The notes under the pieces: generated by a model
Told to the model about the DNA's origin: nothing
Database searches by the model: none
What the model saw: the letters and a program-made list of their open reading frames with translations, nothing else
From: Candidatus Latescibacterota bacterium
Lineage (GTDB): Bacteria > Latescibacterota > UBA2968 > UBA8231
Assembly (NCBI GenBank): GCA_965248265.1
Contig: CBDFJF010000002.1
Span: 1,984,001 to 2,048,000, forward strand
Direction: 5' to 3'
DNA: 64,000 nt
Program-made: the position numbers and the translations under genes
Shown: piece after piece, positions 9,483 to 19,560 of the stretch
Numbering within the stretch: position 1 is the stretch's first letter
Layout of the letters: every line of letters begins with the position of its first letter

Positions 9483-10871
9483 ATGCAAACACAGTTCGAT
9501 GAAACCGGATGCCACGTCCTGCGGGGCGTACTCACCGAAGCGGAGGTAGACCGCCTCGCCGGCCCGATCCGCGCCGCGTTCGCCGCCGGCGAGTACGACG
9601 GCTACAAGGAAGAGGCCGCCTATCCATCGCCAGGCGTCTACTCCATGGGCCCGCGCATCCTCGAGAAGCACCCGGAGATTGCTGAGGTCAGCCTGGCCCA
9701 TCCCGCCATCGTGGCGGCCATCGAAGAGCTGTTCGGCGAGCCGGCGAGGCTGGCGCAGTACTGGTCGATCATGCGACCGCCAGGCGCCGGCGTCGGCGAC
9801 GAACCCTTCGCGCCCGGCAGCGGCGCCCACTTCGACTACAAGCCGTGGCGCTGCGTCGGCTCGTTCGTGAAGTGGATGTTTGCCGTGGTCCCGTTCGTCG
9901 ACTACACCGAGGCCGCAGGCCCGTTCGCCGTCGCCCCGGGTTCACATCTGAAGACCCGGGTTCTTCCCTCCGACGGTCGCGTCCACCAGGTCGATGCCGC
10001 CCAGGTTCCGACAGCCTTGGAGACCGCTTTCATAGACCCCGGTCTGAAGAAAGGCGACGTGATCCTGGCGCACGGCTTCGCCTGGCATGAGGCCCGTCCC
10101 AACACCGGCGACAGCGACCGTTGCGGGCTGTACATGAAGTTCTACGCCCGGTCCTCACCCCCCGCCTGCGGCCCGATCACATACCCTTCCCAGGTCCACG
10201 ACTTTCTGCCCGACCAGCGCAAGTACCTGGTGCCCAACCACCGGGGTGACGGCAAGTACACTGCCCTGCGCGAGGGCCCGGTGGGAGGCATCGACGAAGC
10301 TCGGATGGTGATCGAAGACAGTGAAGGACGCGTCCTGCTCCTGCGCGACGGGGCTGACGGGTGGGCACTGCCCAGGTTCGCGGCAACGGAGGACGAATGC
10401 ACCAGCATCTTGGACGTCTGTAATGTGATGGGGTCCGTACTCACGCAGGCCCGCCAGCAACTGGGCCTGGTATTGCCCTGGCTCAGCTGGCTGCTCGACC
10501 TCCCGGGTTCCGCTCCGGACGGTGGGTCGGGGGGCGAGTGGCGCTGCCGCGTCTACGGTCACCGGCAGCCGGACGCCCTGCCGGAGCTCGGCGGCGACGC
10601 CCCCGAACATCGCTGGTTGACTGCTGCCGAGCTGAGTGCGGTGTCAGCCGATCAGCTCGAATGCGGCGGTGATGAGCGGCGTTGGCTGCGTATGTGGCAG
10701 GACGAGGAGGATGAGGAAGGGCACGCGGTCACCAGGAGTTTCGGCCTGCCGACCACCGACGTTGAGTATTATTCCTACAACCGCGGTGGCAACCCTGAAG
10801 GCAACTACCGTGTTGGCGTATTCGACAGTGAGGGCTGCCGGACGCCACCACCGCCGTCCAAGCTCGTTTAG
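9483..10871 (+). CDS. Phytanoyl-CoA dioxygenase (PhyH)-family protein with C-terminal Nudix-like region
   Basis: HFD (HxD), VAPGSH, KKGDVILAHGFAWH..PN motifs; C-terminal GRVLLLR...WALP segment. Confidence 0.75.
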   Translation: MQTQFDETGCHVLRGVLTEAEVDRLAGPIRAAFAAGEYDGYKEEAAYPSPGVYSMGPRILEKHPEIAEVSLAHPAIVAAIEELFGEPARLAQYWSIMRPPGAGVGDEPFAPGSGAHFDYKPWRCVGSFVKWMFAVVPFVDYTEAAGPFAVAPGSHLKTRVLPSDGRVHQVDAAQVPTALETAFIDPGLKKGDVILAHGFAWHEARPNTGDSDRCGLYMKFYARSSPPACGPITYPSQVHDFLPDQRKYLVPNHRGDGKYTALREGPVGGIDEARMVIEDSEGRVLLLRDGADGWALPRFAATEDECTSILDVCNVMGSVLTQARQQLGLVLPWLSWLLDLPGSAPDGGSGGEWRCRVYGHRQPDALPELGGDAPEHRWLTAAELSAVSADQLECGGDERRWLRMWQDEEDEEGHAVTRSFGLPTTDVEYYSYNRGGNPEGNYRVGVFDSEGCRTPPPPSKLV

Positions 10872-10912
10872 TGCGAACCAACAGGATGATTCGGGGCTTG
10901 ATGGCGGGTTTC

Positions 10913-12346
10913 TCAGCCCTCTTTGGCGTCGCTGCTGCGGAAGCTGTAAAGGTGGGCGTCCCGCAGGTGGAAGACCAGGCGGATACCGCGGCCGGCATGC
11001 TCCCTCATGCTCCTGTCGCCGGGCCAGCGGATCGCCGCCGCGTCGGTATCTCCCCTGGCGGGGTGGTTGCCCTCGAAGGACGCGCGCTGGTCTCCGGAAA
11101 AGCCGGCGACCGGCTGACCATCGGCGTCGAATACCTCGATTAACATCTGGCCGCCGGCCAGGCGTGGATCGGCGTCGAGCTCGCGCGACGTAGACGCGTT
11201 GACCATCAGATCGCCTCCGGGCCATTGCATCGGCTTCGTGACCAGCCGGCCATCCATGTAGCCGGCAGAGACGGATGCGAAGCGGTCGACGGTGATCTCG
11301 GCGAGGCCGATGTTGCCGACTTTGTGGGGTCCCTTCTTGACGTGGATGTGGGAGCCGCTCTGGCCGCCGAAGTAGATCCTGAGCTGGTTGCCGGATTGCA
11401 CCGGCCCCCCCGTCGAGCAGGTCGTCCACGCGGCGTTCCAGGGGAGGGTCGGACCGATGAAGGCCTGCCGATTCGGCGGCATGTGCCAGGTTTCCAGGTC
11501 GTGGCTCCACACCAGCATGATCTCGAAGTGGGTCGGAGCCCCGAACCAGCGCTCGGCCAGGCCGAGGTACATGTCGCCGTAGGGAAAACCGACCATGCCG
11601 TGATACTGGACATCCGGGGGATCGAGCAGGTCCGACCTGAGGATGATCCTGGTGTCGGAGAAGCTCTTGAAGTCGGGGCCCCGGGACATGCCGACGCTGC
11701 GTCTGGCGAGGCTCTGGTCCTCTTTGTAGGTGACCACGAATTCGCCGTTGACTTTCCGCGCCCACAGATAGTAGACGTCGCTGCCGGCCAGGGCTCGAGT
11801 GCCCTCGCGCCCGTCCTGGTAGTCGTGGACCGCCTCGCTGGGCGGATAGGGTACCACGACGTCAAGTTCGGTCCAGTGGTAACCGTCCTTGCTGACGGCT
11901 TCGTACATGCCGTAGACGGGATGGCCGGTCTTGCTGGGGCCGCGGTGGACCATGGTACGGAAGGGGTATTCGTCTTCCGGGTCGTGGTAGACGGACACGC
12001 AACGGCAGTGGGTGATGGCGATGTTGTTCTTTTTGCTGCCGCGGAATTCGTGAATGCCCAGTTCAGGTCGCGTCCAGTGGAATCCATCGGTGCTGTCGGC
12101 GACGCACATGGCGGCGCGAAAGTCGGGGGAAGCAGTAGTGTAGTACATCCGCCAGGCTTCACCGATCTTGAAGACCGTGCCGTAGAACGCCAGGTTGGTG
12201 CCCTCCCACGGCATCTCCGGGCGCATGACCGGCTCTGGAAAGAGGTGGGGCTTGTGCCAGATGCGCGTGAGCATCGACTGCTCCTCGATCCAGGTGTCAT
12301 CCAGGAACAGCTGGCTCTTCGTCAGGTTGTGCTCATGATCGTCCAC
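10913..12346 (-). CDS. Five-bladed beta-propeller glycoside hydrolase-like protein
   Basis: QLFLDD, PVMRPEMPWEG, ADSTDGFHWTRP, SKDGYHW, SHDLETW and DRFASV..G.LVTKP motifs; GTG start at 12346 after GGAG. Confidence 0.7.
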   Translation of the reverse strand: MDDHEHNLTKSQLFLDDTWIEEQSMLTRIWHKPHLFPEPVMRPEMPWEGTNLAFYGTVFKIGEAWRMYYTTASPDFRAAMCVADSTDGFHWTRPELGIHEFRGSKKNNIAITHCRCVSVYHDPEDEYPFRTMVHRGPSKTGHPVYGMYEAVSKDGYHWTELDVVVPYPPSEAVHDYQDGREGTRALAGSDVYYLWARKVNGEFVVTYKEDQSLARRSVGMSRGPDFKSFSDTRIILRSDLLDPPDVQYHGMVGFPYGDMYLGLAERWFGAPTHFEIMLVWSHDLETWHMPPNRQAFIGPTLPWNAAWTTCSTGGPVQSGNQLRIYFGGQSGSHIHVKKGPHKVGNIGLAEITVDRFASVSAGYMDGRLVTKPMQWPGGDLMVNASTSRELDADPRLAGGQMLIEVFDADGQPVAGFSGDQRASFEGNHPARGDTDAAAIRWPGDRSMREHAGRGIRLVFHLRDAHLYSFRSSDAKEG

Positions 12347-12351
12347 GTCTC

Positions 12352-13500
12352 TCACTCCACGATCTGATTCATGGCGTCGCGGTACCACTCGTCGCCGTGG
12401 ATCTCCTTCTTGTAGTTCCAGCGCCATTTGACGGGAAACAGCTGCAGAGACCGGTCTTCCAGCGGCATGGACACCGCTGCCTGGTCGCGCTGGGCCGAGG
12501 CGCGCATGGCCAGACAGATTTCGAGTGCCTGCTGCAGATCTTCGCCCGTCGTCAGCCGCAGTGGCGCCTTACCGTCCAGCCTGTCGACGATGGCTGCCAC
12601 CGTGGCTGTTATGCCGTCGGTGGAGATGACCCAGCCATCCTTGTCCCGCACTCTGGAGCCATCCGGATTGGAAGTGGGCGTGTTCTCGGGAAAAGCGCCT
12701 TCGACTTCACGCAGATCCCCCAGGGACCCGGCCTCGACGCCATCGGCCGGCTTCCACAGGCGCAGGTCCGGACTGCTGGAACTGTCGTTGAAGATCATCC
12801 CCCTGGTGCCGATGACCTCGACGCCCTTCCAGGGGTTGTTGTAGTGACAGAAGCAATCGATGCCGTTGGCGAAGCGGATGTGCCCGCCGATCTTGCCCAG
12901 GCTGGTCTGTCCCTCTTCGTGGGCTTTTTCATAGTCGCTGAAGGGATCGCCGGTGACCCAGCCCGTCACCCACTCGACGGCAGCGAAATCGGCGAAGTGG
13001 CGGGCAAGGTTGATGCTGTGGCAACCGCCCTGGCCGCAGTCGTCGTAGGTGTTGATGCTGTGCACGTCGCCGATCTCTCCGGCACGGATCATGTCGAGGG
13101 CCTGCCAGAAGTGGGGCCTGTTCTTGGAGACCAAACCGGCGGCAAAGGGGATGTCGCGCGAGCTGCACTCCTCAACCATGCGGTCGGCATCCTCGAGGCT
13201 GGCCGTCAACGGTTTCTCGCAGGAGACGAGTTTGACGCTGGCCCGGGCGGAGGCGATGACGGCGTCCGCGTTGGCGCGCACGGGCAGCACCGGCACGGAA
13301 ATGTCGATCTCTTCGTTGGCGAACATCTCCTCGTAGGTGTCGTAACCCCGGGCACCGAAGCGCTGGCGAAACAACTCTAGATTCTCGGGATCCGTATCGG
13401 CGCCGGCGACCACTTCGCAGCGCGGATGAACGGCGAAACCGCGCGCGTGATGGCTGCCTTGCCGGCCGACGCCGATGATACCTACGCGATAGGTTGTCAT
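12352..13500 (-). CDS. Gfo/Idh/MocA family oxidoreductase (paralog of 1824-2930)
   Basis: YRVGIIGVGRQG, CEKPL and QGGCH motifs; start overlaps the upstream stop. Confidence 0.85.
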   Translation of the reverse strand: MTTYRVGIIGVGRQGSHHARGFAVHPRCEVVAGADTDPENLELFRQRFGARGYDTYEEMFANEEIDISVPVLPVRANADAVIASARASVKLVSCEKPLTASLEDADRMVEECSSRDIPFAAGLVSKNRPHFWQALDMIRAGEIGDVHSINTYDDCGQGGCHSINLARHFADFAAVEWVTGWVTGDPFSDYEKAHEEGQTSLGKIGGHIRFANGIDCFCHYNNPWKGVEVIGTRGMIFNDSSSSPDLRLWKPADGVEAGSLGDLREVEGAFPENTPTSNPDGSRVRDKDGWVISTDGITATVAAIVDRLDGKAPLRLTTGEDLQQALEICLAMRASAQRDQAAVSMPLEDRSLQLFPVKWRWNYKKEIHGDEWYRDAMNQIVE

Positions 13501-14639
13501 GGGGAATGCTCCTTGATGTAGTCTTCATTCAGATTTATACCGAGGCCGAGTCCGCCGGGCACGGCGATGTTGCCGCGCTCGTTCGGTAGACGCGGGGGGT
13601 CGATCTCGTGACCGTAATAGCCGTCGTCGTGCGGGGTGAAGACCTCGACCATCAGTCCGTTGGGGACCGCGGCTACGCAGTGAATGTTGGCGGCGTCGCC
13701 GATGTGTGCTGCCACCGGTATGCGGAAGGCGTCTGCCAGGGCGGCGATCTTGCGCCACTCGGTGATGCCGCCGCACATCCGGGTGGCGTCCGGCAGCAGG
13801 ATGTCCGCCGCTCTGCTGGTGATCAGATCGCGGAAACCCCACGACGTCTGATCGGTCTCGCCGGTGGCGATGGCGGTGTCGATGGAGTCGGCCAGATGCT
13901 TCATGCCGGCGATGTCGTCCATGAGCAGCGGATCCTCGAACCAGTAGGGATCGACCTCCTCCAAAGCCCGCATCTGTTTCAGCGTGCTGGAAACACCGCC
14001 GCTGTAACTGCCCGACATGTTGAAGTCCATCATCAAGCGGGCGTCGGGTCCGATGATCTGTCGCACCAGGCGGGCGCGCTCGAGGTCTTCGCGCACGTTG
14101 CGACCGACACGCATCTTGACGGCGGTGAATCCCATGTCGACGTAGCGCTGCATTTCGGGTCCGATGTACTCCATCTCGGCGCCGTGGTCACCGAGGCTGA
14201 TGTAGTGGCCGCCGCTGGCGTAGCACGGTATCTCATCGCGGAAACCGCCCAGGAGCTGGTGCACAGTCGTGCCCAGCTTCTTGCCGATGATGTCCCAGAT
14301 GACGGTGTCGACGGCGCTCATGGCACGCACCACCTCGCCCCGCGTGACCGGTTTGCGCCAGGCCTCGTCGTCACCGCCGAACATCCGGCGCCACAGGCGT
14401 TCGTAGTTGAGCGGGTCCTCACCGATGATGCGCGGTTTCAGGTAATCGAGGATGATGTCCGTCGACAACCCGTGCAGGGAGTGGGAGACGCAGACGCCGG
14501 TGATGGATTCATCCGTGAACACTTCGACGATGCTGAAGGTCCAACCCGAACGCAGAAACGACCCGGTCACCCGAGCATTGGTGAACGGTTTGTATTGGGG
14601 AGTGGCGATGCGCCGGATGCGGACGTCGGTGATCTTCAT
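13497..14639 (-). CDS. Mandelate racemase/muconate lactonizing (enolase superfamily) enzyme
   Basis: MKITDV start, SAVDTVIWDIIGK, KMR, D-E-E metal ligands (MMDFN, FEDP, TGE), GLGI. Confidence 0.9.
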   Translation of the reverse strand: MKITDVRIRRIATPQYKPFTNARVTGSFLRSGWTFSIVEVFTDESITGVCVSHSLHGLSTDIILDYLKPRIIGEDPLNYERLWRRMFGGDDEAWRKPVTRGEVVRAMSAVDTVIWDIIGKKLGTTVHQLLGGFRDEIPCYASGGHYISLGDHGAEMEYIGPEMQRYVDMGFTAVKMRVGRNVREDLERARLVRQIIGPDARLMMDFNMSGSYSGGVSSTLKQMRALEEVDPYWFEDPLLMDDIAGMKHLADSIDTAIATGETDQTSWGFRDLITSRAADILLPDATRMCGGITEWRKIAALADAFRIPVAAHIGDAANIHCVAAVPNGLMVEVFTPHDDGYYGHEIDPPRLPNERGNIAVPGGLGLGINLNEDYIKEHSP

Positions 14640-14733
14640 GGTACAGGGACAAAGCGCGATATCGTCGCCACCGTCAAGATCGCGGCAGGTGCCGGGCTGT
14701 TGATTAGCGCTCGTTACCGGGCTGTGTAGCGCG

Positions 14734-14794
14734 CTCTTCGTTGACAACACGCCGCGCTTAGCACAGCTTGCGGACGTGTATGTGTGATCACCGT
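14734..14794 (+). promoter_or_regulatory. Repeated promoter module copy B
   Basis: TTGACA at 14741-14746 and CAGCTT 17 nt later; homologous to 5966-6024. Confidence 0.6.
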
Positions 14795-14833
14795 TCGTGG
14801 CGCCAGATGAGCCCAGACGAGTAGGAGTGTAGA

Positions 14834-15418
14834 ATGTCAGACACGATTAACGGCACCATTCGATGGTCGGGAGAGCACTGGATCAACTACATCCGCCGCT
14901 CCGGTGAGGAGGCCGACAGCGCCAGTATCAGCTTGTATCACACCTGCTATAGTGAAGCAGGGGCGGGCACCGTGGCCTTCGTCGACATCCCCGGAGCCGG
15001 ATTCGCAGCGCGGTGCACGGACAACCGCGAAATCGCCGACTGGATCTTTGACCAGTTGATCCGCGGTAGGGGCAATCAGTTCGACCGCGATCTTCCGGTC
15101 GTCGACGCGAGGTTCGACCGCAGTGGAGACATCCGCACCAACCCCTCCTGGACGATGGAGGCTGACGGTCACACCATCACGTCCACATGGAATCTGAGCG
15201 AGCCGGCCACGATCCATTGGGGCCCGGTGCCGTCTGGAATACCGAACGTGCAGATTTTCGCTCTGCTGTTCTTCACCTACGACGTGTCATTGATCTACAA
15301 CGGCGATTCGGTTGAAGGAGCGCCCTACACCAGGGACATCTGGCAGCCGACCATCGGAGGCGACCGCAGCTCCTGCGTTTTCGCACTGGCTGAAACGACC
15401 ATCAACATGGAAGGGTAG
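14834..15418 (+). CDS. Hypothetical protein
   Basis: AGGAG RBS, 194-aa ORF with genome-like codon usage. Confidence 0.7.
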   Translation: MSDTINGTIRWSGEHWINYIRRSGEEADSASISLYHTCYSEAGAGTVAFVDIPGAGFAARCTDNREIADWIFDQLIRGRGNQFDRDLPVVDARFDRSGDIRTNPSWTMEADGHTITSTWNLSEPATIHWGPVPSGIPNVQIFALLFFTYDVSLIYNGDSVEGAPYTRDIWQPTIGGDRSSCVFALAETTINMEG

Positions 15419-15459
15419 GCGCTGCTAAACGGTCAGGAAGGGGGCGATGGGAAGCGGAC

Positions 15460-16332
15460 TCAGAATGCCGTGCGCCTTGAGCTGCGGGCGTCGCGCACCA
15501 GCTTGCCGCTGTGGTAGACGCCCTGGATAGCCCGGTCGCGCCAGTGTTCGGAGGCGTCGTAGTACTTCGCTTTAGTGTCCACCGTCGTCATCAGCACACC
15601 GGGGCGCTCGTTCCTCAGTTTGTCGGTGATGACGCCGTCTGGACGCACGAAGAAGCTGGACCATGCGCACGGCGGCGTGGAGCTGTTGTTGGAGCTGATC
15701 CACATGTGGTTGTTGGCCGCGTAAGTCTGCATGGTGGGTGGTACGATGATGCCCCAGATGTTCAGGCGCTTCAGCGTGGCCTTCGACATGCGCGCGTTGT
15801 GGTAGGAGTGAAACATCAGCTCGACACCGCGCTTCTTGTATTCGCGATACAGCTCGTCGTAACGGAAATCGTGGCAGATCTGGGCGCCGCAGCGCACCCC
15901 CTTGATCTCGAAGATGGAGAAGTGCGAGCCGGAACTGTAGTGCGCCAGGTCGTTGGTCTTTCCCGTGCGGTCCCCGACACAAAACATCTTGTCGTAACGC
16001 TCTACGAGCCGGCCCCGGTCGTCGATGATGTAGAGGCTGTTGTGGGGCTTGCGCCGACCCGTCAGACGGTGCGCTGAGCCCACGACCACCCACAGCTTCA
16101 GTTTCCTGGCCTCCTCGGCCACCTGCTGGTGGGCCTCGTCGAGCCGATCCCAGTCGAAGCCTTCCATCGATTTCATTTCCACCCCTGCGTAGCCGGCGAG
16201 ACAGACCTCGGAGAAGTGTGCCACGTGGGCACCGCGGCTCTTGGCCGCTTTCATCTGCCGCAGCACGCAACCGAGATTGTGCTCGATATCCGCTTCCACC
16301 GAAAACTGGCAGGTGGCCACCTTGAGTTTCAT
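15460..16332 (-). CDS. Carbon-nitrogen hydrolase (nitrilase superfamily)
   Basis: E-K-C triad: FSEVCL, YDKMF, QICHDFRY. Confidence 0.9.
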   Translation of the reverse strand: MKLKVATCQFSVEADIEHNLGCVLRQMKAAKSRGAHVAHFSEVCLAGYAGVEMKSMEGFDWDRLDEAHQQVAEEARKLKLWVVVGSAHRLTGRRKPHNSLYIIDDRGRLVERYDKMFCVGDRTGKTNDLAHYSSGSHFSIFEIKGVRCGAQICHDFRYDELYREYKKRGVELMFHSYHNARMSKATLKRLNIWGIIVPPTMQTYAANNHMWISSNNSSTPPCAWSSFFVRPDGVITDKLRNERPGVLMTTVDTKAKYYDASEHWRDRAIQGVYHSGKLVRDARSSRRTAF

Positions 16333-16431
16333 GCTTCTCGCTCCCTTGTTTCTCCATTCGGCGATCAGTGATCCGATGATCGACGGCCCGGCCTCACCGC
16401 CTTCACCTGGTTGTTGTAGAGTCGCAGACCG

Positions 16432-17409
16432 TCAGTTCATTTTCGTCATGTCTCTTCCAGACATGTCGTCCTGGTCTGACATGGCGAGGCGGAAGCCCGT
16501 GTTCTCACGCGTGGTCGAATCCGGCGAGCTGTTGCGGTGAGTCGTGCGCACGTTGGGCCGGGTCTCGGCGAAGAACCCGCCGCGGAGCACGCGTTCCTGG
16601 CCGCCCTCCGGACCTTTCGGGTTAACGGCCGGGCTGAACGAATAGTAGTTCTCTTCGAAGTAGTCGGAGCACCACTCGTAGACGTTGCCGGACATGTCCC
16701 AGACGCCGAAAGGGGAACGGCCGAGAGGGAACTCGTCAACGGGAAGGGTAGTGCCAACCATGTTGTTGGAGTTGCAGCGTTCTCCGTCTACGAAACGATT
16801 GCCCCAGGGATACAGACGTTCATCGTCGCCGCGCGCCGCCATCTCCCACTCGGCCTCGGTGGGCAGGCGGCCCCCCATCCACTCCGCGTATTCCCTGGCG
16901 TCATGGAAGGAGACGTTGACGACGGGATGGCGCGCCAGTCCGGTAGGATAGGTCCCGCGCTGCCAGTGGATCGGGGTGGTGTGACCGGTGCAGTTGACGA
17001 ACTCACGGTAGTCCTGATTCGTCACCGGATAGGTGTCGATGTAGTAGGAGGAGATCTGGACCAAGTGCGAGGGGCGCTCGTTGTCGGGTGAGTCTTCTTC
17101 CCGCCCGCCCATTGAGAACGAACCCGTCGGGATGTGGACCATCCTTCTCTTGTTGGCCTCGGGAAGCAGCTCCACCCGCCTCTGTTCGACCTCCTCCATC
17201 TGCAGATCGATGTCTTCCTGGCCGCTCCTGATCTGGACGAGGTCTTCCTGAACCTTGCCCATACGCTGCACCATATCCCGATGCCGAGTCTCCTGGTGGT
17301 CGATCATCTCCATCAGCTTCTTGGAGGGTTTGTTGAAGTCGAGGAGGAGCATGACGAAATACAGACTGATTGCGCAGGTCAATATCCACCACATCCAACT
17401 GTCAGTCAT
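16432..17409 (-). CDS. Membrane-anchored formylglycine-generating enzyme (SUMF1/FGE-sulfatase) domain protein
   Basis: N-terminal TM and coiled coil; FSMG, PVTNQDY, RLPTEAEWEMAARG, DMSGNVYEW and GFR motifs. Confidence 0.9.
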   Translation of the reverse strand: MTDSWMWWILTCAISLYFVMLLLDFNKPSKKLMEMIDHQETRHRDMVQRMGKVQEDLVQIRSGQEDIDLQMEEVEQRRVELLPEANKRRMVHIPTGSFSMGGREEDSPDNERPSHLVQISSYYIDTYPVTNQDYREFVNCTGHTTPIHWQRGTYPTGLARHPVVNVSFHDAREYAEWMGGRLPTEAEWEMAARGDDERLYPWGNRFVDGERCNSNNMVGTTLPVDEFPLGRSPFGVWDMSGNVYEWCSDYFEENYYSFSPAVNPKGPEGGQERVLRGGFFAETRPNVRTTHRNSSPDSTTRENTGFRLAMSDQDDMSGRDMTKMN

Positions 17410-17481
17410 AACCGATCTCTCCTGTATGGGGCTCTTGCGCCACGCGGCGAGCCCGGTCCTCCGCTCTCTCTAATGTTTCTA

Positions 17482-17718
17482 TTAACTAATCCTCACCGCC
17501 TCCACCAGGTTTTCATCGAAATAGTCGGTTCCGATCGTCACCATAAACTCACTCACATGCTCGGATCGAGCCAGGCCGACCCCTTCGAGGTAGGACCGAA
17601 CCGAGGCTAGCTCCGTGAGGCGGTTCAATCCTTGCCAACCGCCCGGCGGGCAAGTATCGTAGCAACCAGGTCCAGCGCCAAAAGGAGGCACTATCATGCG
17701 ATCTTTTTTTGTGCTCAT
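17482..17718 (-). CDS. Small hypothetical protein (78 aa)
   Basis: Strong RBS (GGGGGAAAGGA) before ATG 17718; fits the gap between two same-strand genes. Confidence 0.45.
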   Translation of the reverse strand: MSTKKDRMIVPPFGAGPGCYDTCPPGGWQGLNRLTELASVRSYLEGVGLARSEHVSEFMVTIGTDYFDENLVEAVRIS

Positions 17719-17777
17719 CGCCGTCCTTTCCCCCTTGCTCGCCCCACCCCGCCCCGGAAGTGTTGCAGTCGACGCCC

Positions 17778-18758
17778 CTATATAGGAGTTGCCGACCAAA
17801 AGACAAATCGAAATACTGTCATATTTGAAGTATTCCCTATGTTTCCAACAGCTCGGGCTACTTCGATCCACTCGGGGTGGCTATCAGATTTAACCTCAAT
17901 CCTATAGTCGTTTGCTACCTGAAGCTCAAACGCTATCCTAATGACCAAAGATTGATCAGGTCCACTGTAGGATGGATCTGTTAAATCATACGAGAGTACG
18001 ATGTGTTCAGTTCCGTCTGCGGCAATAAACCCCTGCCTAATGAAGCCGCCCTCGACCAGCGGTTGGAATCCGATCTCACTTCCCGTTAATTCTGAGCTAT
18101 CCGTCACTACAATAATGTTCGAACCACTCGGGAAGAACGCAGCCCCCCCTTCGCCATCCGCCGGAGAGTCGTCCGTCAGCCGAACTGTGATGGCACTGGG
18201 AGTTTGTTCATCGCCGGACAAAGGAAGGCCACTCATGACATATGTGCCATCTTGGACCTCTACCGGCTCAAAACTTTCTATATCCAGACTTAGAGTATAG
18301 TCTGTCTCTTCTTCGCCAAATGAGAATACGACGACAATGTATTTTCCTGCATCTAAGAGTACACCTTCTTCAGAATAACCGGGCGGACGATAAGCGTACC
18401 CGACGCGGGTATATGTGTCATCCTCAACTTTCAATATGGAAAGCTGGGCTTCGATTGAGGTTTCTAAAACAATTGTCGCTATGTTAACAGGTTGATCTAA
18501 ATTCAATTCAAAAACGTGACCGGTCCCAGGCAACAACATACTCTGTATAATTTCATCCTCGGACAAAGAGCCCATTATTACAGCATTTACTCCTATTGCA
18601 GCTAACGTGATCTCGCTTTTCTCTACATCGCTTGAAAGAGAGTCAATCCTGGCCCCAAGCTCAGCTATATCTTCTTCAAGTTTGTCTATGTCCGTCGGTT
18701 TAGCAGACTCACATCCCATAAAACCAATAGCCAGCATGAAAACCAACATCCATCTCAT
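17778..18758 (-). CDS. Hypothetical lipoprotein (lower GC)
   Basis: Lipobox-like FMGC after a hydrophobic signal; coiled coil then beta-rich domains; GAGG RBS. Confidence 0.7.
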   Translation of the reverse strand: MRWMLVFMLAIGFMGCESAKPTDIDKLEEDIAELGARIDSLSSDVEKSEITLAAIGVNAVIMGSLSEDEIIQSMLLPGTGHVFELNLDQPVNIATIVLETSIEAQLSILKVEDDTYTRVGYAYRPPGYSEEGVLLDAGKYIVVVFSFGEEETDYTLSLDIESFEPVEVQDGTYVMSGLPLSGDEQTPSAITVRLTDDSPADGEGGAAFFPSGSNIIVVTDSSELTGSEIGFQPLVEGGFIRQGFIAADGTEHIVLSYDLTDPSYSGPDQSLVIRIAFELQVANDYRIEVKSDSHPEWIEVARAVGNIGNTSNMTVFRFVFWSATPI

Positions 18759-18877
18759 TCCTCGAGTCTCCTCTCCACTCGGCAGCAGCGACAAAGCACA
18801 GCCGCGCTGAACACGCTTGCCCCTGGGTTTCTACATTGTCAGGTTAGGCGACGCCCCGAACGACGAACGTCGAGACG

Positions 18878-19297
18878 TCAGCTCTCGGGTAGACCCCAAA
18901 CTTCTGGCGTGGCTATCTCTACGCTATTCCCTCCCGGATCACGAAAGTAGATAGAATGGCCTCCACCCGGCCACGGGAAGTCCGCCTCAACCGCGACACC
19001 ATGCGAATTGAGGTGGGCTCTCCATTGCGCCAGTTCCTCCCTCTCGGCTCGAAAAGCCACGTGGCCTTCCCCGCTGGCCCCGTGGAGCGGTACCGGCACG
19101 CCGGAAACAGCAGCTTGGTGTTCGCGTGTCGATTCCGGGTTGAATACCAGAAAAACAGCTTCTCCGCAGCGAAAGAACGCGTGTCGATCCTCAACCCGTG
19201 CAAAGCATTCCAGCCCCAAGATTGTCGCGTAGAATTGTTCCGCCGCATCGAGGTCTGAGCAGTAGATGGCTGTCTCAAGTACACCGCGTGCTCTCAT
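18878..19297 (-). CDS. VOC/glyoxalase family protein
   Basis: VLETAIYCSDLDAAEQFY, GHVAF and SIYFRDPGGNSVE motifs. Confidence 0.9.
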   Translation of the reverse strand: MRARGVLETAIYCSDLDAAEQFYATILGLECFARVEDRHAFFRCGEAVFLVFNPESTREHQAAVSGVPVPLHGASGEGHVAFRAEREELAQWRAHLNSHGVAVEADFPWPGGGHSIYFRDPGGNSVEIATPEVWGLPES

Positions 19298-19367
19298 GCT
19301 GTTTTCCTCATCTTCGGCGGTTAGTTCGCTTATGATGTCCTCTTGGGTTGCTCGCCGCTGAAGTCTT

Positions 19368-19454
19368 TCACTTCTCGGCCAAAAGCTCCTCCACGTGCTT
19401 TTGAAAGTCGAGCATATCGGGAGGAGTTCCGACATAGGCATAGCGCACGATTCC
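19368..19454 (-). pseudogene. Possible C-terminal remnant of a redoxin/TlpA-like gene
   Basis: Translates GIVRYAYVGTPPDMLDFQKHVEELLAEK*, directly preceded by an in-frame TAA. Confidence 0.35.
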
Positions 19455-19560
19455 TTAGATCGCCATCAATCTCGATCCCCGTTAATCGCACAGATCGCAG
19501 GACTACGGAGCTACGGCTACAGCATCTGTCACGCGGGCTCTGAACAGTGGATGGATCGAG

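Noticed and set aside
10644-14729. Long alternative-frame and antisense ORFs (e.g. 10644..11765, 11225..12367, 12397..13380, 13608..14729)
   Set aside because: Shadow ORFs of high-GC genes that overlap well-supported CDS and have no motifs.
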